From Bacteroidia bacterium (GTDB lineage Bacteria; Bacteroidota; Bacteroidia; Chitinophagales; Saprospiraceae), in NCBI GenBank assembly GCA_018680275.1, contig JAHHJO010000005.1:1-28543 (forward strand): a stretch of 28,543 nt of DNA, given 5' to 3'. Within the stretch, counting starts at the first letter, position 1; each line of letters opens with the position of its first letter. Made by a program: the position numbers and the translations under genes. The notes beneath the pieces were generated by a model. The model ran no database searches. It saw only the letters and a list, made by a program, of their open reading frames with translations, and was not told where the DNA came from. This document shows positions 1-8,083 of this stretch, piece by piece.

Positions 1-2927
1 AGGGTGGCCGTGATATCATGTCCAATGCTTGTTGAGCTCAGATTGATACCATTTTCATCTTCCAGATCCAAAATAAGAAGTGGATTAATACCTGTCGTTC
101 CTCCATATTCAAATGATCTGTCGTCAAAAAATATATTGATTTGTGGTCCTTCGTTGTCAGCAATGGCATTAGGAGAAATGCCACCGATCACAATCTTGTC
201 ATAATATCCCCCGGCATCTTCGCTTACTTTGTCGGAAGCATAAAAACTTAAGAGTCCTTCACCATATTCAAAGTTTATGTCTTTCGGAAGGATAAAATCC
301 ATCTCGAATTTCCCTTCCTGTACTGTGGCACTTCCTTTATACAATACACTGTTTCTCAATTCATATTCATAATTGAATCCCTGACCGTCATTATCAAGGG
401 TTTTTCTTTTATTCTTTTTATCATAGACGGTCAATTCTATCTCGCCATTGAACGTATTGATAATATTTCCATCATAATCAGTGATTTCTCCTTCAATTGT
501 AGCTTTTTCGAGGGCTCCCAATGTATCCAGTGAATTGTCGTCAATTTCTTCGCCATTCAATTTCTTTAGTCTTACAAGGTGTTTTGGACTGGCGATGGTG
601 AGTGAAGGATCCCCGATGAGCATAAATTTCCTGGAGTTGCTTTTCAAGGTATCCAGGGAGTTCGCATTTTGTGATTCTTTTATTATGTCACCAAACCTGA
701 GACGTTTTCCATCATCCCGTGTAAATATCTTCTTGTAAACTTCTTCGGTCAGCCTCCTGTTGGACGAAGAAAAAACTGCCCTGACGGTAGTGAATAAGGC
801 AATGGCGCCTCCTGCAGGATTAAGCAAGGCATGTTCACCTGCAGAAACAAAGGTAGGTTCATCGAAACCTGTAAATGAACATGTAGCTGTGATAAATACT
901 GGTAGCCTGTCAATATTATTCCATTTCAGAATGTCACCAATCTGAAGAACACGCTCTTGTGCCCATCCTTTCGGACCTCCGTGACCGAGGTAACCCAATA
1001 CCAATTGTCCATTAAGAATATTGTTGTTCAAGGCGGCATTGGCATCCGGGTATCGCTGACCTCCTGGTGTGGACACCTGGTTAAACGCATCAAAAAACAC
1101 TTTTTGCTGAATAAATTCAGGGTGATTTCCTTCTGTAAGCTCTGCGATTTCATTGGATTGAGCAATATGTGCCCTGTCAGCAGAAATATCCTGATCGTCA
1201 GCAGCAAAGCCGATACGGAGACGCCAGTCTCCAAGACTAGAGGGACTTGTATCGTAATGAATAATCTTGTTTACAACATCCAATGCTTCCTGTGAGCTTG
1301 CACAAGGGATTCTTCCTACGCCTATATCCAGCGCACCATTTAACGATTCATCACCCTCATTGGACGATAGCAGCGCAAAAAAATCGTCGGAAGGAAAAGC
1401 TTCTATAGGATTCAGGGATTCTTTTGTCTGGTAGGTTGGCACAAAATTCTGATATTCAATATCCGGAACTATTCCCCTGAAATCATAAGTGGCGTCTCCC
1501 ATTAACAGGAGGTACCTGAAGTTTTCATCCCTCTGATATATCATCCTTGCAAAATCCCTGATCGCTGAGGGATCTGCTTTACCCCCTCCAAACTCATTAA
1601 AAATTTCGAAAACATCTACGGTTTTGACTTCAAGACCATCATTTGACTTCCTGTGCTGAGCCAGTTTTTCTGCAGCTTCTTCAAATAAAGGATGATAGAC
1701 AATCACAAAATCTGCATTTTCAATAGAATGAATATTTTGATTGCTAACCTTGCCTACAAGCTCCGGGGCTGGTAAAACAGTCTGGCTGTTGAAAATCATG
1801 AATGCCTTGAGTATACCGTCTGTATTGTATCCGAATTGAACTTCGTTTCCTCCTTGCTGTTCAAATTCAATCATAGAAATGTTGCGTACATCTGTGACAT
1901 CCCATATTTGAGCTTGTTCAGATAAAGAGAATTGAAATCCATAAGAATTATAATCCATTGAATTACGATCAAACACCAGGTATTCATCACCTGTGTAGCT
2001 TATTTTTTCCCTGGCAATGATCTGTATATAATCCAGCCAGGCTTCACTATTTGATGCCACCGGTTGATATTCGATAATTACCGATGGGTTGCCTGTATTC
2101 ATTGTAATCTCTTGTTCCAGTCTTCTTGATTTGGCGTAAAGGGACTCGACATCACCTGTATTTGTACCTGTATGACTGGTCTGAAAAGATTTTCCATCTA
2201 TCGATAGTTCAAATTTGGAACTGCTTGAACTTCGGGCAGCTACAATAGCTTCAACTTCGGAAATACTGCCGGGTATGAAATCTGGAAAACTGAAATATTG
2301 ACTGAAATCCTGGGTTAAATTATTGGCAAAAGCTTCACCGAACCACTGTTTCCCTGACCCCTGGGTACCACTGAAAGAGCCCAATAAGTTATATACTTCA
2401 TTTTCATGCCTGATGATTGTCTCTTTATCGCTGCTGTAGTATTCAGCATTGACTTTATCCTGGCTTTGAATCCTTTTACCAAAGCTGTCATCTACCTTTA
2501 TAAAAAGATAATTTTTAAGGTCATAGATGTTTTTTTCAAATTCAAGTTTATTTTCTCCAAAATGATATCGGTCCGCTCCTTCTGCATATAAGAGTATATA
2601 ATCCTGGGGATCAAAACTGCCATCATCTTCACCAAATACAGATATCGCTAGTTCATTTAAGTCGTCTATGCGATCTGAATTGTTCAATTGAGGAACAAAA
2701 CCACCATTATTGCTATATATGTGTATATTTCGGGGATCAATGCCGGAAGGGTCCAATTCAAGGACTTGATCAAAATAATTATAATCAAGTTTATAAATCC
2801 CGGTTTTGGAAACTGCAAGTTTGTAAATTTCACCTTCTGCCAGAACGGATTGATTTTTAAATTGAGCAATTCCGTTTGTCATGAAGACAACAAGGAGAGT
2901 GAAAGTAAACAGGAAACGAACAGTCAT
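1..2927 (-). CDS. porU: Type IX secretion system sortase PorU (peptidase C25/gingipain fold); 3' end lies beyond the left window edge
   Basis: Hand translation from ATG at 2927 gives MTVRFLFTFTLLVVFMTNGIAQFKNQSVLAEGEIYKLAVSKTGIYKLDY...DPRNIHIYSNNGG...GEDDGSFDPQDYILLYAEG. The same frame gives GDATYDFRG (~1499), YLGHGG (His codon 981-983), FITATCSF (Cys codon 879-881) and DENGINLSSTSIGHDITAT at the edge. I spot-checked the frame at several points, not every codon. The ORF track omits it, presumably because it has no stop in the window. Confidence 0.92.
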   Translation of the reverse strand, partial: MTVRFLFTFTLLVVFMTNGIAQFKNQSVLAEGEIYKLAVSKTGIYKLDYNYFDQVLELDPSGIDPRNIHIYSNNGGFVPQLNNSDRIDDLNELAISVFGEDDGSFDPQDYILLYAEGADRYHFGENKLEFEKNIYDLKNYLFIKVDDSFGKRIQSQDKVNAEYYSSDKETIIRHENEVYNLLGSFSGTQGSGKQWFGEAFANNLTQDFSQYFSFPDFIPGSISEVEAIVAARSSSSSKFELSIDGKSFQTSHTGTNTGDVESLYAKSRRLEQEITMNTGNPSVIIEYQPVASNSEAWLDYIQIIAREKISYTGDEYLVFDRNSMDYNSYGFQFSLSEQAQIWDVTDVRNISMIEFEQQGGNEVQFGYNTDGILKAFMIFNSQTVLPAPELVGKVSNQNIHSIENADFVIVYHPLFEEAAEKLAQHRKSNDGLEVKTVDVFEIFNEFGGGKADPSAIRDFARMIYQRDENFRYLLLMGDATYDFRGIVPDIEYQNFVPTYQTKESLNPIEAFPSDDFFALLSSNEGDESLNGALDIGVGRIPCASSQEALDVVNKIIHYDTSPSSLGDWRLRIGFAADDQDISADRAHIAQSNEIAELTEGNHPEFIQQKVFFDAFNQVSTPGGQRYPDANAALNNNILNGQLVLGYLGHGGPKGWAQERVLQIGDILKWNNIDRLPVFITATCSFTGFDEPTFVSAGEHALLNPAGGAIALFTTVRAVFSSSNRRLTEEVYKKIFTRDDGKRLRFGDIIKESQNANSLDTLKSNSRKFMLIGDPSLTIASPKHLVRLKKLNGEEIDDNSLDTLGALEKATIEGEITDYDGNIINTFNGEIELTVYDKKNKRKTLDNDGQGFNYEYELRNSVLYKGSATVQEGKFEMDFILPKDINFEYGEGLLSFYASDKVSEDAGGYYDKIVIGGISPNAIADNEGPQINIFFDDRSFEYGGTTGINPLLILDLEDENGINLSSTSIGHDITAT

Positions 2928-2942
2928 AAGGTAAACTAAAAT

Positions 2943-2950
2943 TAATTTCG
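2943..2950 (+). promoter_or_regulatory. Possible Bacteroidota -7 promoter element variant (TAATTTCG) for porP-gldJ
   Basis: One mismatch to TAnnTTTG, in the short porU/porP spacer. No -33 TTTG seen. Confidence 0.3.
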
Positions 2951-2986
2951 ATTTTACAACGTTAAGTTATACACTGTATTGTAAGC

Positions 2987-4048
2987 GTGCATATTTTAAA
3001 CAATATTTCATCAAAAATTACGAAAAGAAGACATTTCAGGCTTTTGAAATGTTCACTGGCATGCTGTATTTTATTAATATTCTCTGAATTACCGGGCCAG
3101 GATCTTATTTTTTCTCAATACTATAATTCTCCGATTCATACAAATCCAGCCTTTGCCGGTCTCGAAACGCATCCAAATTTCACATCCAATTACAGGATAC
3201 AATGGCCGTCATTGAATAACGCCTATGAAACCTATGCAGTTACTTATGATCAGTATTTCAGAGATATGAACAGTGGATTCGGGTTTATTGCCTTATCAGA
3301 TGATCAGGGTGACGGTACATTAAAAAGCACAAAAATTGCTGGTATATACTCTTATAAGGTCAGATTTAATGTGGACTGGCAGATAAAATTCGGTCTTGAA
3401 GCTGCATATAACCAAAATCGGCTTGATTGGGATAAGCTCATCTTTTTTGATCAGATTGATCCTGTGACAGGTCCTTTTACCTCTGCAGGAGTGCCTGTTC
3501 CAAGTTCAGAAGTAAGACCCGAATCTTTAAATAATTCCTATCTGGATATCAGTATAGGGATGTTGCTTTACAATCCAGAATTTTATGTAGGTTTCAGCAT
3601 GGATCACCTTAATGGTGCATATGCAGGATTCACCAATGCCGTAGATGATGCCACAACACAGTCCCTGCAGGTTCTTTTCTCATTACAGGCCGGATTTCAA
3701 ATAGTATTAATGGAGGACAATAAGGGCAACCCTTCGACGTTTATATCACCAAATATGATATTTGCCCGACAAAGTGACTTTAATCAGTTAAATGTGGGGG
3801 CTTATATGCAAATCAATCAATTATTTGGTGGCGCATGGGTAAGGCATACGCTAAAAAACATTGATTCTTTTATATTTTCTTTTGGCGTAAATTTAGATTA
3901 TATAAAAATTGGTTATAGTTTTGACCTCACTTCGTCCAAATTGGGGCTCAGTACGGGGGGAAGTCATGAATTAGGTATTGCTGTAGGGTTGAGGAATTTG
4001 GGGAAAAAAGAGTCCAAAATGAATGATTGTTTAAGTTTGTTCCGATAA
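2987..4048 (+). CDS. PorP/SprF family T9SS outer-membrane beta-barrel protein
   Basis: QDLIFSQYYNSPIHTNPAFAG N-terminus, YRIQW, alternating beta-strand pattern, GYSFD...GGSHE C-terminal motif. Start uncertain: GTG 2987, or in-frame TTG 3044, which gives a cleaner signal peptide. Confidence 0.9.
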   Translation: MHILNNISSKITKRRHFRLLKCSLACCILLIFSELPGQDLIFSQYYNSPIHTNPAFAGLETHPNFTSNYRIQWPSLNNAYETYAVTYDQYFRDMNSGFGFIALSDDQGDGTLKSTKIAGIYSYKVRFNVDWQIKFGLEAAYNQNRLDWDKLIFFDQIDPVTGPFTSAGVPVPSSEVRPESLNNSYLDISIGMLLYNPEFYVGFSMDHLNGAYAGFTNAVDDATTQSLQVLFSLQAGFQIVLMEDNKGNPSTFISPNMIFARQSDFNQLNVGAYMQINQLFGGAWVRHTLKNIDSFIFSFGVNLDYIKIGYSFDLTSSKLGLSTGGSHELGIAVGLRNLGKKESKMNDCLSLFR

Positions 4049-4096
4049 TTTTCGGAATGTTTATTGTAGGTAGTATTTTTTAAAATTTCAGTTAAC

Positions 4097-5614
4097 ATGC
4101 GACATAGCATCAAATCTTTCTGTTTTATACTGGTAATGTTTTCCATGTTCACTTCCTGTCAGAAAAAGGGAGGAGGCAGTGGTGAATTATCAACATCCAC
4201 AGGTTGGGAATATAATAATCCCGAATATGGTGGTTTTGAGAAATTGGACTACGAAGGCCAGATTAACGGACCAAACCTCGTTCTGGTAGAAGGAGGTACA
4301 TTTACAATGGGACTCACCCAGCAGGATGTAACCTTTGAATGGAATAACATTCAAAGACGAGTTACTGTATCTTCATTCTATATGGACGAGACAGAGGTTC
4401 GTAACATTGATTGGAGAGAATATGAATTTTGGGTAAAAAGAGTTTACCAGTCATATCCCCAGGTATGGAAAGATGTTTTACCGGATACTTTGGTATGGAG
4501 AGAAGAGTTAGCGTACAACGAACCATTGATAAGAGCATACTACAGGCACCCATCTTATGATGATTACCCGGTTGTTGGCGTTAGCTGGAACCAGGTACAG
4601 GACTTTTGTAAATGGAGATCCAACAGGGTAAATGAAATGATATTGATTGAAAGAGGTATCCTCAATAATAATACTGCAGAACAGATCGATAGAGAAACAT
4701 TTGATTCGGAAGCATACCTAGCTGGTCAGTACCAGGGCTCAGTCAGGAAAAATGTTGAAGATATATCCACAGGAGGTGAAAGACCTGTAAGATATGAAGA
4801 TGGTGTACTACTACCTGAATATAGGCTTCCAACTGAAGCAGAATGGGAATATGCAGCTTTGGCACTTCAGGGGAATCAGCCTGATACCGGCGATGAGAAT
4901 ATCACGGACAGAAGATTCTTTCCATGGAATGATAATACAGCACGTTACCAGAAGCATAACAGAAACCAGGGTAAGATCCAGGCGAATTTCAAAAGAGGAC
5001 GAGGAGACTACATGGGTATGTCTGGTAACCTGAATGACAAAGCTTCCGGTCCGGCTCCGGTAGGTACATACCTTCCGAATGATTATGGATTATATAATAT
5101 GGCAGGGAATGTCAGTGAATGGGTGCAGGATGTTTATCGTCCATTAACGAGTACAACCTTGAGTGATCCTGAAAACCATGACCTGAACCCATTCAGGGGT
5201 AATGAGTTTATGGAAGTTGTCCTTGATGAAGAGGGCAGACCAGTTGATAAAGACAGCCTTGGTTACCTTAAATACAGGCTTGTAGATGAAGATACATTAG
5301 GTATCAGGGATAATTACCGCCTGGGAGATGTAAGGAATTTTGAAGATGGCGATATCAAGGAATTTGTAGATTACGGATACGGGGACTGGTCACTTATAAA
5401 TGATGAGTCAAGAGTCTATAAAGGAGGATCTTGGGGAGATCGCTTATTCTGGTTGTCTCCAGGTGCAAGAAGATTCAAGGATCAGAACAGATCAACTAAT
5501 AAGATTGGATTCAGGTGCGCTATGGTTCGTGTAGGAGGAGAGACAGGAAATGAAGACATGGGAGGTATCCAGTTCCAGGAAAAAGGAAGAAAGATCAAAC
5601 GTCGATATAAATAA
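4097..5614 (+). CDS. gldJ: Gliding motility lipoprotein GldJ (FGE-sulfatase-like fold)
   Basis: Lipobox MFTS-C; STGWEYNN; LVEGGTFTMG; FYMDETEV; YPVVGVSW; YRLPTEAEWEYAA; NDYGLYNMAGNVSEWV; RVYKGGSW; GFRCAM. Position between porU and murF matches the gldJ locus of Flavobacterium. Confidence 0.88.
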   Translation: MRHSIKSFCFILVMFSMFTSCQKKGGGSGELSTSTGWEYNNPEYGGFEKLDYEGQINGPNLVLVEGGTFTMGLTQQDVTFEWNNIQRRVTVSSFYMDETEVRNIDWREYEFWVKRVYQSYPQVWKDVLPDTLVWREELAYNEPLIRAYYRHPSYDDYPVVGVSWNQVQDFCKWRSNRVNEMILIERGILNNNTAEQIDRETFDSEAYLAGQYQGSVRKNVEDISTGGERPVRYEDGVLLPEYRLPTEAEWEYAALALQGNQPDTGDENITDRRFFPWNDNTARYQKHNRNQGKIQANFKRGRGDYMGMSGNLNDKASGPAPVGTYLPNDYGLYNMAGNVSEWVQDVYRPLTSTTLSDPENHDLNPFRGNEFMEVVLDEEGRPVDKDSLGYLKYRLVDEDTLGIRDNYRLGDVRNFEDGDIKEFVDYGYGDWSLINDESRVYKGGSWGDRLFWLSPGARRFKDQNRSTNKIGFRCAMVRVGGETGNEDMGGIQFQEKGRKIKRRYK

Positions 5615-5630
5615 TCAAACATAATTGATT

Positions 5631-5669
5631 AAAAAGGCTTTTATCTTTTCAGGTAAAAGCCTTTTTTTT
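5631..5669 (+). terminator. Intrinsic terminator-like hairpin after gldJ
   Basis: AAAAAGGCTTTTA (5631-5643) pairs with TAAAAGCCTTTTT (5654-5666); T8 run at 5662-5669. Confidence 0.75.
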
Positions 5670-5675
5670 GTTTAA

Positions 5676-6950
5676 GTGAATTTAACCGAACTATATCAAA
5701 TTTTTCTAGAGAGCAATGGTGTTTCCATTGACAGCCGAACTATTCGCCCTGGTGAAATATTCTTTGCTCTGAAAGGTGATGTTTTTGATGGTCATCGATT
5801 TATTGACAAGGCCATTGAAAATGGAGCTTCCCTGGTCATTATTCAGGATGAAAAATATACCTCAGAGCATACTGTTTATTTTAATGATTCCCTGAAATGT
5901 TTGCAGGAACTTGCACTGTACCACAGACAACAATTCAACGTTCCTGTGATTGGACTGACCGGAAGCAATGGAAAAACAACCACGAAAGAATTGATGAATG
6001 TCGCATTGTCTTCCCGTTTTAGGGTTCATGCAACGAGGGGTAATTTCAACAATCATATTGGTGTGCCACTCACACTTTTGAGCATACCGGATGATACCGA
6101 GATTATAATTGTAGAAATGGGTGCCAATCATATTGGTGAAATTGACTTCCTGTGTCATCTTTCAGAACCGAATTACGGGTTAATTACAAATATTGGAGAT
6201 GCACACATTGAAGGATTCGGATCCAGGGAAGGCGTCATAAAGGCCAAAACCGAGTTGTATCGTTATCTGTATAATAACAATGGCAAGATTTTTTATAATC
6301 CTGAAGACAAGACATTGAAAGATAATATGCCAATGACAGTAGAGACTATTTCATATGATATGGAGTTGTCTTTTTTTGAAAGCCGGAGTCTCAGGATAGG
6401 CTTCAGCAAGCCAAAAGATACAGTATATCAATCAAATTTATATGGAATATATAATAGACAGAATATTACCGCTGCCTATTCCGTAGCCCGCTATTTTAAT
6501 ATTCCTCACGATGAAATTTGTAAGTCGATCGCTGACTATATTCCAAGTATGAACAGGTCTCAGTTAATTGAGAAAAAGGATGTTGTTTTTATTATGGATG
6601 CCTATAATGCCAATCCGACCAGTATGCAACTTGCAATCGAATCTTTCAGCAATTTAAATACTTCAAAAGGAAAGTCTCTTGTACTTGGAGATATGCTTGA
6701 GTTAGGCGAATATGAAATCAAGTACCATGAAGAAATCGTCAATCAACTTTTATCCCTAGGGTTTGATAAGGTTATTCTAGTTGGAAAAAGATTTCTTGAA
6801 GCTGATGCAGGTAATGAATTTAACCACTATAGCTCAGTTGATGAATTGCTGGTCGACCCTGATAGAGTAAACGAAATCATAAAGGGGACTGTATGCATGG
6901 TGAAAGGCTCCCGGTCAATGAAACTTGAAAAAATTGAAGATCTGCATTAG
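5676..6950 (+). CDS. murF: UDP-N-acetylmuramoyl-tripeptide--D-alanyl-D-alanine ligase
   Basis: SIDSR, GLTGSNGKTTTKE P-loop, NNHIGVPLT, VEMGANH, DAYNANPTSM, LGDMLELG, VKGSR; GTG start. Confidence 0.96.
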   Translation: MNLTELYQIFLESNGVSIDSRTIRPGEIFFALKGDVFDGHRFIDKAIENGASLVIIQDEKYTSEHTVYFNDSLKCLQELALYHRQQFNVPVIGLTGSNGKTTTKELMNVALSSRFRVHATRGNFNNHIGVPLTLLSIPDDTEIIIVEMGANHIGEIDFLCHLSEPNYGLITNIGDAHIEGFGSREGVIKAKTELYRYLYNNNGKIFYNPEDKTLKDNMPMTVETISYDMELSFFESRSLRIGFSKPKDTVYQSNLYGIYNRQNITAAYSVARYFNIPHDEICKSIADYIPSMNRSQLIEKKDVVFIMDAYNANPTSMQLAIESFSNLNTSKGKSLVLGDMLELGEYEIKYHEEIVNQLLSLGFDKVILVGKRFLEADAGNEFNHYSSVDELLVDPDRVNEIIKGTVCMVKGSRSMKLEKIEDLH

Positions 6951-7852
6951 TGCACAGATGTAAGGACAAAGTTATCAGGAATTCTTCCTTCTGAAATAGC
7001 GATGTAATCATCTTCTGTACATGGAATGAAAAAATTGTCTTCAGGGTGCTGGTACCACCAACGCCCGGTAATATTGGTTTTAATAAATTTCACCGGGTTC
7101 TCAAAATATGGGTTGTTGACCATATATGTATGGTTGTTTTTGTGTTCAATGGCCTCAATATTCTTGTTTCCGGAGCCCTCAAGATAATACCAGATAAGCA
7201 GAGCTGTTACCTGGCTGCTTTCATCTGTAATAGAGCCTTCTCCGATGTTGAAATAAATCAATTTATTGCTTTGCGACATGCCGGCATAACGAGCCACGAT
7301 ACATGCTTCATCTATGTTCATTCCACTCACAAAAGCATTTTCAACATTACTGTCTTGTTTCCTGATAGCATCCAGAAAGAAAAAAATACCATCTACATTT
7401 CGTAAGAGCGGATCCACGTAATTCATGCGTTTTCTGATATCTCCCAGACTGAGAGATCTGGGGTTTCCGTGGTATCCGAAATGCCTTTGGTAAGCGATAT
7501 GGATATTTTTATCCCTTGCTTTTCTTGATATTTTACAAGTATTTGATCCAAAGATCTTTTCAAAGGAATTGCAATAGGCTGATTTTCCGACAAATATGGT
7601 TTCATCATCAAATACATCTGTTATTTCATGAGAATCTTCATTGAGCCAGCCAAATCTTAGATTCAATCCAGTTAATCCATTCTCAAACCAGGCCAGTGTA
7701 TTTATCAGTTTAATTGCAATCAATTTGTCTTCACAGAGTAAATTGATTCGTGGAAGTTCAGATACAGAATCAAAATGCTTAAGTCTTCCTGTAAAGTTTT
7801 TTGTCGTTTCTCCTGAAAATATCAAATCGGGATTTTCATCAAACCATTCCAT
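6947..7852 (-). CDS. Degenerate arginase/formimidoylglutamase-family (ureohydrolase fold) protein, probably non-catalytic
   Basis: C-terminal half resembles Bacteroidota arginase-like proteins: IAYQRH, SLGDIR, LDAIR, SGMNIDEACIVARYAG, LIWYYLEG, GRWW, IPCTEDDY. I prefer ATG 7852 over the track's TTG 7879, because that TTG lies inside a -7 promoter element. Confidence 0.6.
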   Translation of the reverse strand: MEWFDENPDLIFSGETTKNFTGRLKHFDSVSELPRINLLCEDKLIAIKLINTLAWFENGLTGLNLRFGWLNEDSHEITDVFDDETIFVGKSAYCNSFEKIFGSNTCKISRKARDKNIHIAYQRHFGYHGNPRSLSLGDIRKRMNYVDPLLRNVDGIFFFLDAIRKQDSNVENAFVSGMNIDEACIVARYAGMSQSNKLIYFNIGEGSITDESSQVTALLIWYYLEGSGNKNIEAIEHKNNHTYMVNNPYFENPVKFIKTNITGRWWYQHPEDNFFIPCTEDDYIAISEGRIPDNFVLTSVH

Positions 7853-7876
7853 AAAATAGCTGTATTTTAATAGAAC

Positions 7877-7884
7877 CAAAAATA
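7877..7884 (-). promoter_or_regulatory. Bacteroidota sigma70 -7 element (TATTTTTG) for the arginase-like gene
   Basis: Plus-strand caaaaata is an exact TAnnTTTG on the minus strand, 24 nt upstream of ATG 7852. Confidence 0.55.
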
Positions 7885-7937
7885 GTAATAACTGAAAATA
7901 AATTCATTAAATATTATAAATAATTCTAATATATATT

Positions 7938-7947
7938 TATTTTAGCA
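7938..7947 (+). promoter_or_regulatory. Possible -7 element variant (TATTTTAGCA) for the OmpA gene
   Basis: One mismatch to TAnnTTTG, at the end of an AT-rich tract. The identical 10-mer occurs upstream of the response regulator at 19237. Confidence 0.35.
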
Positions 7948-8083
7948 GTTCAATCACCACACTGAGTGCCTGTCCTGTCTATTGGAAAATCCAATATGAA
8001 GTAGGTTTGATCATCTTTTTCTTTGATCATATGTACAGAACCTGCAACAAATAGATATTATTTAGAACAAGATATTTTGACTT

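Noticed and set aside
4-2939. Short ORFs in the track over the left end (e.g. 481..738, 957..1295, 1028..1234, 2688..2939)
   Set aside because: They are antisense or off-frame shadows of porU and have no recognisable motifs.
4097-5614. Calling 4097..5614 a formylglycine-generating enzyme
   Set aside because: The fold motifs are shared, but the lipobox, the N-terminal STGW motif and the porU/murF context point to GldJ.
7853-7879. TTG start at 7879 from the ORF track
   Set aside because: It lies within an exact -7 promoter element; ATG 7852 fits better.
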